A DNA stretch of 64,000 nucleotides from an uncultured Zetaproteobacteria bacterium (lineage in GTDB: Bacteria > Pseudomonadota > Zetaproteobacteria > Mariprofundales > Mariprofundaceae). The stretch spans positions 41,104 through 105,103 of the forward strand of contig CAZBLR010000002.1 of the NCBI GenBank assembly GCA_964492895.1. The letters run 5' to 3'. Every line of letters starts with the position of its first letter. Within the stretch, counting starts at the first letter, position 1. Below are positions 37,291-45,490 of the stretch, in pieces. The notes below the pieces were generated by a model. It was not told the origin of the DNA and did no database searches. It saw only the letters and a program-made list of their open reading frames with translations. Both the position numbers and the translations under genes were made by a program.

Positions 37291-38127
37291 ATGAATTTCC
37301 TGGTGACCAACCGCGTGCCGCGCAAGGCGCTGACGCACTGGATGGGATGGTACAGCGGCATCGAGAGCCCGCGGCTGACGCGCGTGTCCATCCGTGTCTG
37401 GCGCCTGTTCGCACGCGACCTGGATCTGAAGGAGTCGAAACACCGCGTCTTCACCAGCCTGCACGACTGCTTCGTGCGCGAGCTCAAGGACGGGGCGCGT
37501 CCGGTCGATCCGCGGCCCGGCATCGTGGTCAGCCCCTGCGATGCCATCGTCGGCACCTGCGGCACCATCGAAGGGACGACGGTGTACCAGGCCAAGGGAT
37601 TCCCGTACGAGCTGGCGGAGTTGATCCCCGATCCCGGGCTGCGCGAGCGCTACCGCGACGGCGTCTACGTCACGCTGCGCCTGAAATCGAGCATGTACCA
37701 CCGCTTCCATGCCCCGGTGGATTGCGAGGTGCGGGCCATCGACTACATCTCCGGCGACACCTGGAACGTCAACCCGCCGGCGCTCAAGCGCATCGAGAAG
37801 CTCTATTGCCGCAACGAGCGGGCCGTGGTGCCCCTGCACGGCGAGGACGGGGAGAACGACATCATGCTGGTGCCGGTCGCCGCCATCCTCGTGGCCAGCA
37901 TGCGTTTCCATTGCCTGGAAAACGATCTGAACCTGCGGTATCGCGGCCCGAACCGCCTTTCCTGTTATGCGCAGTTCCGCAAGGGCGACGAGATGGGGTA
38001 CTTCCGGCACGGCTCGACCATCATCCTGTTCGCCACCCATCGCTACGCCCTGTGCCCGCACGTGCACAGCGGCATGCATATCCGCATGGGCGAGGCCCTG
38101 TTGACCACAGCGGGGCACGCATCGTGA
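37291..38127 (+). CDS. psd: Phosphatidylserine decarboxylase-like pyruvoyl enzyme (short form)
   Basis: It lies within ORF 37180..38127. PSD blocks are LRLKSSMYHRFHAPVD and the self-cleavage-type motif FRHGSTIILF. The ATG at 37291 was preferred. An alternative ATG at 37180 overlaps the upstream stop but would add an Arg/Pro-rich extension. Confidence 0.8.
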   Translation: MNFLVTNRVPRKALTHWMGWYSGIESPRLTRVSIRVWRLFARDLDLKESKHRVFTSLHDCFVRELKDGARPVDPRPGIVVSPCDAIVGTCGTIEGTTVYQAKGFPYELAELIPDPGLRERYRDGVYVTLRLKSSMYHRFHAPVDCEVRAIDYISGDTWNVNPPALKRIEKLYCRNERAVVPLHGEDGENDIMLVPVAAILVASMRFHCLENDLNLRYRGPNRLSCYAQFRKGDEMGYFRHGSTIILFATHRYALCPHVHSGMHIRMGEALLTTAGHAS

Positions 38128-38200
38128 CCAGCTCCTGACATGCGACTGACACCGGCATGTCACATGCCGGGGCGAGCGTTGGCCGAAATACCTTCGGGGG

Positions 38201-38833
38201 ATGACTACCATGGAAATCATGCAGGAACTGCGCAAGCAGCGCTGGGACGACCACCGCTTCTACCACCAGAACCGTATCAATCAGACCCTGCACCTGTGGA
38301 GTGCCATGTGTTTTGTCACCAGCTACGTGTGGCTGTTTTTCGATCCGGCCATGGCCGTGCTGTTCGGCTGGGTGATCGGCCAGCTGCCCCGCCAGGCCGG
38401 GCACTTCTTCTTCGAGTCGCATGATTTCGACGAGGTCAACCAGGCCACGCACGAATACAAGGAGAGCGTCAAGCCCGGCTACAACCTGAAGCGCAAGGTG
38501 GTGCTGCTCTCCATCTGGATCGGGGGTTCGATCCTGCTGTATCTCGAGCCTTCGCTGTGGGGCCTGCTCAGCGCGGAGCAGGTGGCCCAGGGCTTTTTGC
38601 ACAATCTCGGCATGTACTGGCTGGCCGTGACCGTCGGCGCCCTGCTGTTCCGCACGTTCCAGCTCATGTTCAAGGTGAATGTCCGGCATGGCCTCGCATG
38701 GTTCGTCAAGATCCTCACCGATCCGTTCCACGACATCATGATCTACTACAAGGCGCCGTATTACCTGCTGAAGGGCGAGATGTTCGACGACATGAGCCAC
38801 TGGTACGACAAGTCCCTGCAGACCGGTGTATAA
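38201..38833 (+). CDS. DUF962/Mpo1-like membrane protein
   Basis: The 210-aa product carries the signature spacing Y-H-x4-N-x3-H (FYHQNRINQTLHLWS). Hydrophobic segments follow, and FFFESHDF and DPFHD motifs are present. The family assignment was made by eye. Confidence 0.55.
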   Translation: MTTMEIMQELRKQRWDDHRFYHQNRINQTLHLWSAMCFVTSYVWLFFDPAMAVLFGWVIGQLPRQAGHFFFESHDFDEVNQATHEYKESVKPGYNLKRKVVLLSIWIGGSILLYLEPSLWGLLSAEQVAQGFLHNLGMYWLAVTVGALLFRTFQLMFKVNVRHGLAWFVKILTDPFHDIMIYYKAPYYLLKGEMFDDMSHWYDKSLQTGV

Positions 38834-38893
38834 GGCAGTCCTCCGGGGAGGCGGGGCTTGCCGCCTTCCCGACTTTCCCGTCCGGAATCAGCC

Positions 38894-40069
38894 ATGAGCA
38901 AGAAGATCACCGTCGTCGGCGCCGGCTACGTCGGACTGTCGAACGCCATCCTGCTGGCCCAGCATCACGAGGTCGTGGTGCTGGACATCTGCGCGGAGCG
39001 GGTGGACATGGTCAATCGCCGCCATGCGCCGATCGTGGATGCCGAGATCGAGGACTACCTGCAGAACCGGCCGCTACGGCTTTCGGCGACGCTGGACCGG
39101 CAACAGGCCTACCAGGGTGCCGATGTCGTCATCATCGCCACGCCGACCGACTACGACCCGGAATCGAACTACTTCAACACCGGCTCGGTGGAATCGGTGA
39201 TCCGGGATGTCATGCAGTACAATCCAGAGGCGCTGGCGGTCATCAAGTCGACCGTGCCCGTCGGCTTCACCGCCCAGGCGCGCGCGCGCTTCGGCTGCGA
39301 GCGCCTGATCTTCTCGCCGGAGTTCCTGCGCGAGGGCAAGGCGCTGTACGACAACCTGCACCCCTCCCGCATCATCGTCGGCGACGATTCGGACGCAGCC
39401 AGGCAGTTCGCCGGCATGCTGGTCGAGGGCGCCATCGACAAGGACGTGCCGGTGCGCTTCACCGGCGCCACCGAGGCCGAGGCGATCAAGCTGTTCGCCA
39501 ACACGTATCTCGCCATGCGCGTCGCCTATTTCAACGAGCTGGACTCCTACGCCCTGGCGCACGGGCTGGATACGCGCCAGATCATCGAGGGCGTGGGCCT
39601 GGACCCGCGCATCGGCGGCCACTACAACAACCCCTCGTTCGGCTACGGCGGCTACTGCCTGCCCAAGGACACGCAGCAGCTGCTGGCCAACTACTTCGAG
39701 GTACCGCAGAACCTGATCCGCGCCATCGTCGATGCGAACAACACGCGCAAGGACTTCATCGCCCAGGACATCCTGAAGCGCAAGCCCGGCGTGGTCGGCG
39801 TCTACCGCCTGGTCATGAAGTCGGGCTCCGACAATTTCCGGGCCTCGTCGGTGCAGGGCGTGATGAAGCGCATCAAGGGCAAGGGCGTCGAGGTCATCGT
39901 GCACGAACCGGTGTTCGGCGATGCGCATTTCTTCCATTCGCGCGTCGTCAACGATCTCGCCGCCTTCAAGGACGAGGCCGACGTCATCATCGCCAACCGC
40001 ATGGACGCGGACCTGGCCGATGTCGCGCACAAGGTCTACACCCGCGACCTGTTCGGCTGCGACAGCTGA
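38894..40069 (+). CDS. ugd: UDP-glucose 6-dehydrogenase
   Basis: It lies within ORF 38858..40069 and starts [18 protein letters not shown]. Blocks seen are [17 protein letters not shown] and the catalytic Cys region [10 protein letters not shown]. Confidence 0.9.
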   Translation: MSKKITVVGAGYVGLSNAILLAQHHEVVVLDICAERVDMVNRRHAPIVDAEIEDYLQNRPLRLSATLDRQQAYQGADVVIIATPTDYDPESNYFNTGSVESVIRDVMQYNPEALAVIKSTVPVGFTAQARARFGCERLIFSPEFLREGKALYDNLHPSRIIVGDDSDAARQFAGMLVEGAIDKDVPVRFTGATEAEAIKLFANTYLAMRVAYFNELDSYALAHGLDTRQIIEGVGLDPRIGGHYNNPSFGYGGYCLPKDTQQLLANYFEVPQNLIRAIVDANNTRKDFIAQDILKRKPGVVGVYRLVMKSGSDNFRASSVQGVMKRIKGKGVEVIVHEPVFGDAHFFHSRVVNDLAAFKDEADVIIANRMDADLADVAHKVYTRDLFGCDS

Positions 40070-40236
40070 GTCGGCGTCAATCGCTGGGCACGGGACATGA
40101 ATCGCCCGGGCTAAGGGGGAATTATTCCCCACCCTTCGGCACAGGGTATTCCCTATAACGGGCTGGAAATAAGCTAAGTGTTCGTTCTTACGTGATTTCA
40201 CGTGTCACATCCGATGACTCGGATATGACACATAAG

Positions 40237-40277
40237 CCTCCCTAGGTTCGCTAAATCACATCACGCACCTAGGGAGG
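40237..40277 (+). promoter_or_regulatory. Hairpin sequestering the SD in the 5' leader of the TonB-dependent receptor gene
   Basis: A perfect 10-bp stem pairs CCTCCCTAGG (40237-40246) with CCTAGGGAGG (40268-40277), with a 21-nt loop. The 3' arm holds the only SD-like element (AGGGAGG), 13 nt upstream of the ATG at 40291. Confidence 0.4.
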
Positions 40278-40290
40278 CCTAGTAATTAGT

Positions 40291-42513
40291 ATGTATCGAT
40301 CTCTGAAAAAATCAATGCGCACGGCGCTGTTCGCGAGCCTGTGCACGCTTATCGGCGTGCCGGCCGCGTGGAGCGCCCAGTCGTCCGTCGACATCGGCAC
40401 GGTGCAGGCGACGGCAACCGGAAACGGCAACGGCACGGCCAACGATACCGCGGCCGGCAATGCACCCTCGAAGACCCCGCTGCACGTCTCGCAGCCGACG
40501 TCGGTGGTCAGCAAGAAGTTCATCCAGAACAACGTGGTTCCGTCCAGCAACTACGACGAAACGGTCAAGCACACGCCCAGTGTCGCCGCCATCGCCCCCA
40601 ACGGCCCCGGCCTGATGGAGAACATGGGCATGAGTATCCGCGGCTTCCAGGACGGGCAGTTCAACGTCACCTTCGACGGCATGCCGTGGGGCGACTCCAA
40701 CGACTTCACGCATCACACGACGTCGTATTTCATGTCGCACGACATCACGCAGGCCTCCGTGGACCGCGGCCCGGGTACGGCGGCCACGGTGGGCGAGGCG
40801 ACCTTCGGCGGCACCATCAGCCTGCAGTCGCGCGATCCCGGCACCACGACCTCGATCAACCCCTATGCGACGTTCGGCAGCTGGAACACCCAGCTGTACG
40901 GCCTCGAATTCGATACCGGCGTCATGCCCAATTACCACGGCATGTCGGCCCTGTTCGACTTCGAGAAGCTGACGTCGGACGGCTATCTGACCAACGCCGG
41001 CCAGCGCCGCGAGAACATGTTCATCAAGGCGATGAGCCCGGTCAGCGACGAGACGACCGTCACGGTTGCCGCCATGTACAACCAGGTCAACCAGAACGTG
41101 CCGGCCGGCAAGTCGATGGCCCAGATCGCCCAGAAAGGATGGAACTGGGGCCTGAGCAACGACCCGACCCAGGAAAACTACGCCGGCTACAACTACGACA
41201 ACATCCACACGGATTTCGAGTACATCGACCTGCAGTCCTACCTGGGCAACGAGTGGAACCTGGACAACAAGCTGTACACCTTCGGCTACTATCATAACGG
41301 CGCCAACGGCAACGATCCCAGCGGCCTGTCGCGCAACGGCCTGGATACGACCGGCGGCGGCGGTACCGTGATCTACGGCGGCGCCTACGCCAACGACGCC
41401 ATCGGCCAGAAGATGGAGATGATGTACCGCTCCGTCGGCGATTTCTTCCGCCTGGCCAAGGGCACGAGCATCGGCACCATCAACATGGGCCTGTGGTACG
41501 AGCACCAGTACAACGACCGCTACGAGTACGACGTCAACTGGACGCTGGGCGGGGTCCGCATGGCCAACCTCGCGGGTTCCGGTGCCCCGGCATGGAACCG
41601 CCTGATGCACGACACCTTCGACAATGCCCAGCCCTACGTGGAGCTGGCCTGGAAGGTCACCCCGAACCTGACCGTCACGCCCGGCGTCAAGTACGCCTGG
41701 TTCCAGCGCCACCTGAACGCCACGGTGAACCAGAAGACGGGCGCGCCGCTGGTCTACACCAAGTCCTGGTCCTCGGTGCTGCCGGCCCTGGATATCCACT
41801 ACAAGATCCAGCCCGGCTGGGTGGCCTACGCCCAGGTGGCGAAGGGCTTTTTGGCGCCGAATCTGAACACGTTCTACGTGACCAATCCGTCCGCCAGCGA
41901 CTTCAAGCCTGAGCAGACCTGGAACTATCAGGTCGGCACCACGTGGAACAGCAAGCGCCTGACCCTGTCGGCCGACGCCTACTACATCGACTTCAACAAC
42001 CTGGTCGGCAGCAAGAACGTCGGCGGCGTCACGGTGTTCTACAACAACGGCGGCGTGATCTACAAGGGTCTCGAAGCCGAGGGCACCGTGTATGTCGGCG
42101 ATGGGTTCAGCGTCTATGCCAACGGCAGCGTGAACAGCGCCAAAACCAAGGATACGAAGCAGTGGGTGCCGTATGCACCGGACGCCACGGCCGCGGGCGG
42201 CATCCTGTACGACCACAACGGCTGGAACGCCTCGCTGATGGACAAGTACATCGGCAAGAGCTACGGCGATGTCGGCCAGGCCTATCCGATCAGCGCCTAC
42301 GGCGTGATGGACGGGACGCTCGGCTACACCCTGGCGGGTGACGACGCACCGGGCTGGCTGCAGAAGGCCCGGATCAACCTGCAGGTCAACAACGTGCTGG
42401 ACAAGAAGGGCATCAGCACCTTCTTCGGCAACGCAGGGGATTCCGCCGGTACGCCTTTGTACTGGACCATCCCGGAGCGCAGCTACTTCGTGACCCTGTC
42501 GGCGCATCTCTGA
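40291..42513 (+). CDS. TonB-dependent outer-membrane receptor
   Basis: The 740-aa product has a signal peptide (ASLCTLIGVPAAWSA) and a TonB-box-like DIGTVQATAT. A plug domain (SIRGF...DGMPWGD) and a beta-barrel with many aromatic-ended strands follow. Confidence 0.9.
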   Translation: MYRSLKKSMRTALFASLCTLIGVPAAWSAQSSVDIGTVQATATGNGNGTANDTAAGNAPSKTPLHVSQPTSVVSKKFIQNNVVPSSNYDETVKHTPSVAAIAPNGPGLMENMGMSIRGFQDGQFNVTFDGMPWGDSNDFTHHTTSYFMSHDITQASVDRGPGTAATVGEATFGGTISLQSRDPGTTTSINPYATFGSWNTQLYGLEFDTGVMPNYHGMSALFDFEKLTSDGYLTNAGQRRENMFIKAMSPVSDETTVTVAAMYNQVNQNVPAGKSMAQIAQKGWNWGLSNDPTQENYAGYNYDNIHTDFEYIDLQSYLGNEWNLDNKLYTFGYYHNGANGNDPSGLSRNGLDTTGGGGTVIYGGAYANDAIGQKMEMMYRSVGDFFRLAKGTSIGTINMGLWYEHQYNDRYEYDVNWTLGGVRMANLAGSGAPAWNRLMHDTFDNAQPYVELAWKVTPNLTVTPGVKYAWFQRHLNATVNQKTGAPLVYTKSWSSVLPALDIHYKIQPGWVAYAQVAKGFLAPNLNTFYVTNPSASDFKPEQTWNYQVGTTWNSKRLTLSADAYYIDFNNLVGSKNVGGVTVFYNNGGVIYKGLEAEGTVYVGDGFSVYANGSVNSAKTKDTKQWVPYAPDATAAGGILYDHNGWNASLMDKYIGKSYGDVGQAYPISAYGVMDGTLGYTLAGDDAPGWLQKARINLQVNNVLDKKGISTFFGNAGDSAGTPLYWTIPERSYFVTLSAHL

Positions 42514-42529
42514 TCGCCGACGAACGCAG

Positions 42530-42552
42530 GCCGGCGGGCCAGGGCCGCCGGC
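42530..42552 (+). terminator. GC-rich hairpin after the receptor gene (possible terminator or attenuator)
   Basis: The stem is GCCGGCGG/CCGCCGGC (8 bp) with loop GCCAGGG, 17 nt after the stop. No U-tract is present. A second 14-bp imperfect hairpin lies at 42567-42600. Confidence 0.3.
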
Positions 42553-42660
42553 AATGATGCAACCAGTCCGTCGCTCGGATCGTCCCTGATCCGAGCGGCG
42601 GTCCGGTTGTTCATCGGTTCGTGGAACCGGTGAGCCCCTGAATGTTGATAGGAGTACTGC

Positions 42661-43350
42661 ATGACCATCGATCGCTTTATCCATATCGCCTCCGCCTCGG
42701 GAGGCATTCTCTATATCATGGCCGTGGTGCTGCTGGTGGCACTGACCGTGATCGTCGAACGCAGCTGGTACCTGAAACGGGTGATCCGCATGGGGGGTGC
42801 CATCTCGCACGCCATCTCGTCGCTGCATCATCTCGACAGGAATTCGATCGCGGAGCTGTCGCTGCGTGCGGATCGCTTCCCCCACGGCGCCCTGTTGTCG
42901 GTGCCGTTGCGCTATCCCGAGGTCCGCGATCCCAATCGCCTGTCGGAACTGCTGGAAGAGTCCATCCTGTGGCAGGCGCCGAGGATCGATCATAGCCTGT
43001 GGCTGCTCGACACCATCGTGACCCTGGCGCCGCTGCTCGGCCTGCTGGGCACGATCATCGGCATGTTCAACGCCTTCCAGGTCCTGGGCAGTGCCGGAAG
43101 CGCGCCCACCCAGATCACCGGCGGTGTCGCCGAGGCCCTGGTCGCCACCGCCAGCGGCCTGTTCATCGCCATCGTCGGCCTGGTCTTCTTCAACGGCCTC
43201 AGCAACCACGTGCGCCTGATCATCCACCAGCTGGAAACCATCAAGGTCATGCTGGTCAACCGGCTGGCCACACCGCGCAAGCCGATCGGCGTCGAGGCCG
43301 GGGAGAGCACGGCCCAGCCGGCCTTCGCCCCGGATGCGGAGGCCGCCTGA
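42661..43350 (+). CDS. exbB: MotA/TolQ/ExbB proton-channel protein
   Basis: The 229-aa product shows LAPLLGLLGTIIGMFNAF and GGVAEALVATASGL. An AGGAG SD precedes it. Confidence 0.85.
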   Translation: MTIDRFIHIASASGGILYIMAVVLLVALTVIVERSWYLKRVIRMGGAISHAISSLHHLDRNSIAELSLRADRFPHGALLSVPLRYPEVRDPNRLSELLEESILWQAPRIDHSLWLLDTIVTLAPLLGLLGTIIGMFNAFQVLGSAGSAPTQITGGVAEALVATASGLFIAIVGLVFFNGLSNHVRLIIHQLETIKVMLVNRLATPRKPIGVEAGESTAQPAFAPDAEAA

Positions 43351-43352
43351 CC

Positions 43353-43748
43353 ATGCGCTATTTCGAGGCACGCAAGGCGCGCATCGAGATCATTCCGATG
43401 ATCGACATCATGTTCTTCCTGCTGGTGTTCTTCATCATGATCACCCTGAAGATGATTCCGAACACGGGCATCTCCTCGCAGCTGCCGCAGAGCAGCACGG
43501 CCCAGGAGCTGAACCACCCGAAGGTGATCGTCAGCCTGCTCGCCGACGGGGGGATCGAGGTGCAAGGCCGCAAGCTGACGCCGGCGGCCCTGACCGCGCT
43601 GCTCGCGGCGGAGCCGGATCCGGCGAAGGCGGTGGTCACCATCGCCGGTGCCAGATCGACCTCGCTGCAGAACCTGCTTGCCGTCATGGACGCCTGCCGC
43701 AAGGCCGGGGTGACTGAGATCGGCGTCGCCGCCAGGCAGGCGCACTGA
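43353..43748 (+). CDS. exbD: Biopolymer transport protein ExbD/TolR
   Basis: It lies within ORF 42999..43748 and starts MRYFEARKARIEIIPMIDIMFFLLVFF. It begins 2 nt after the exbB stop. Confidence 0.85.
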   Translation: MRYFEARKARIEIIPMIDIMFFLLVFFIMITLKMIPNTGISSQLPQSSTAQELNHPKVIVSLLADGGIEVQGRKLTPAALTALLAAEPDPAKAVVTIAGARSTSLQNLLAVMDACRKAGVTEIGVAARQAH

Positions 43749-43749
43749 G

Positions 43750-44442
43750 GTGGCGGCACTGGACGAGGGTTTTCATCACCGGCCTTTCGAGCAGGAGGGA
43801 CTGCACCGGGCTGCCGGATTCGCCGTGCTGCTGGAGTGCCTGCTGGTGGCCGTCATCCTGTGGTGGATGATGGACGGGCATCACATCGCGCCGGCCGCGG
43901 TCAAGGCGCCGATGCGCGTCTCGCTGGTCACACTGCCGCCGGCAAAGCCGAAGCCGACCCCGCCGAAGCCGGTTGTGCCCAAACCGAAACCGAAGCCGCT
44001 GCCCAAACCCAAGCCGGTCCAGCACGTCCATGCGAAGCGGGCACCGATGGCGAAGCCGGTACCCAGGCCGCCGCTTCCCACGCCGGTGGTGAAGAAGACA
44101 CCGCCCCCGCCCCCGCCGCAGCCCGTCGAGGCGGTGGCGGCGAGCCCCGACGAGATGGCGCAGTTCGAGGCCCGGGTCAATGCGGCCGTGCAGGCAGCAG
44201 TCCGTTACCCGCCGGCGGCCCGCATGCTGCACCGCCAGGGACGGGTGCGGGTGGGATTCGACTACCTGGACGGCGTCGTCAGCAACGTGCTGCTGGTGGC
44301 ATCGAGCGGCATCCCGTCGCTCGATACCGCCGCCCTTGCCGCCGTGCAAAGCGCCCGTTACCCGCCGCCGCTGGCGCAGCTGCGGAAGCATCGGCTGCAC
44401 ATGACCGTGTGGGTCCGGTTCCGCGAAACGGATGACGATTGA
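43750..44442 (+). CDS. tonB: Energy transducer TonB
   Basis: The 230-aa product starts at a GTG. It has a TM anchor and a Pro/Lys-rich linker (PKPKPTPPKPVVPKPKPKPLPKPKP). The C-terminal TonB domain shows YPPAARMLHRQGRVRVGF. Confidence 0.85.
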   Translation: MAALDEGFHHRPFEQEGLHRAAGFAVLLECLLVAVILWWMMDGHHIAPAAVKAPMRVSLVTLPPAKPKPTPPKPVVPKPKPKPLPKPKPVQHVHAKRAPMAKPVPRPPLPTPVVKKTPPPPPPQPVEAVAASPDEMAQFEARVNAAVQAAVRYPPAARMLHRQGRVRVGFDYLDGVVSNVLLVASSGIPSLDTAALAAVQSARYPPPLAQLRKHRLHMTVWVRFRETDDD

Positions 44443-44467
44443 TCGATAGGCATAGAGGAGAGACTTC

Positions 44468-45490
44468 ATGAAGCGGATCTGGATACCGGTAACCCTGCTC
44501 GTCGCCATCATTGGCGGCAGTGTCTGGGCCTTGTGGCCACGTAGCCAGCAGGGGCTGGTTCTCTATAACGCGGTGGACTACGGCGCCGACGTGGCGGCGG
44601 CCTTTACCAAGGAGACGGGCATCAAGGTGACGGTGATCGAGCTTACGACCGGGGCCCTGCTCGCGAAGATCTCAGCCGAAGGACGCCGTCCGGCCTGGGC
44701 GCTGGCCTGGTTCGATGGCGATCTGGCGGCAGCAGCGCTGGATCACGCAGGGCTCGTGTCGCAGCATACCCTGCCGTCGTCTCTGCCATGGACGAAGGAG
44801 GGGCGCTCCCTGATCCCGGCCGATGGCAGCTACACACCGACCGGCCTGACTCTGGCCGGTGCATTTACCTACCACCCGGCCGTGCTGTCCAACCCACCGC
44901 AAACCTGGACCGATCTGGAGAATCCGGCTTTGCACGGTGAAATCGGCATGAACAATCCCTCTATCTCCGGCCCCATGTATCCGATGCTGGCGGGCATGCT
45001 GGCACAGGGCGGTGGCTGGCCCAGGGGGCAGGCGTTTGTCATGAAGTTGAAGGACAATGGCCTGCACGTCTATGCCAAGAACAAGGCGACGCTGGCCGCT
45101 CTCAGGGAAGGCGATATCAAGGTGGCGATCACGCAGTCATCGGCCGCCTGGTATCTGGCGTCCAAGGATCCGACCCTGCGCGTGCGCATTCCGAAGCCTG
45201 CGTTCGCGCTGCCCAGCGTGCTGGTCGTGGCGGCCGGGATTCCATCGCAACAGAAGGCTGCCGCCGAGCGTTTCATCCGCTTCGCGATGACGCATGACAT
45301 CCAGAAGCTGCGTATCGGCGAGGGTGAGGGGGACAGCTATTATTGGCCGCTGACCTCCGATGCCCCCCAACCGAAAGCGGGAATGCCAGCCCTGGATACA
45401 TTGTCGATCAAGCGCCTTGATCCCGAGCATTGGGGTCCGATCGAGCCGCAGGTCAACCAATGGTTTAGCCAGGCGATCATCGGCCAATGA
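44468..45490 (+). CDS. ABC transporter periplasmic substrate-binding protein (iron(III)/thiamine-type PBP family)
   Basis: The 340-aa product has an N-terminal signal/anchor. It shows an FbpA/AfuA-like pattern (LVLYNAVDY...TGIKVTVIELTTGALLAKI). It lies in an operon with a two-domain permease and an ATPase. Confidence 0.75.
   Translation: MKRIWIPVTLLVAIIGGSVWALWPRSQQGLVLYNAVDYGADVAAAFTKETGIKVTVIELTTGALLAKISAEGRRPAWALAWFDGDLAAAALDHAGLVSQHTLPSSLPWTKEGRSLIPADGSYTPTGLTLAGAFTYHPAVLSNPPQTWTDLENPALHGEIGMNNPSISGPMYPMLAGMLAQGGGWPRGQAFVMKLKDNGLHVYAKNKATLAALREGDIKVAITQSSAAWYLASKDPTLRVRIPKPAFALPSVLVVAAGIPSQQKAAAERFIRFAMTHDIQKLRIGEGEGDSYYWPLTSDAPQPKAGMPALDTLSIKRLDPEHWGPIEPQVNQWFSQAIIGQ

Noticed and set aside
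34230-37595. Two very long minus-strand ORFs of 1121 aa (34230..37595) and 1019 aa (40312..43371).
   Set aside because: They lie antisense to the PHP-GT4 gene and to the TonB-dependent receptor, exbB and exbD genes, and their composition is biased. The plus-strand products carry specific catalytic and structural motifs, whereas these ORFs carry none.
40160-40205. A possible Fur box in the AT-richer region upstream of the TonB-dependent receptor (AATAAGCTAAGTGTTCGTT...).
   Set aside because: By-eye alignment to the 19-bp Fur consensus GATAATGATAATCATTATC gives only about half the positions matching. That is too weak to call.
43881-44180. Repetitive DNA and a 99-aa antisense ORF within tonB.
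   Set aside because: The repetition is explained by the Pro/Lys-rich (PKP)n periplasmic linker typical of TonB. It is not an independent repeat element or gene.
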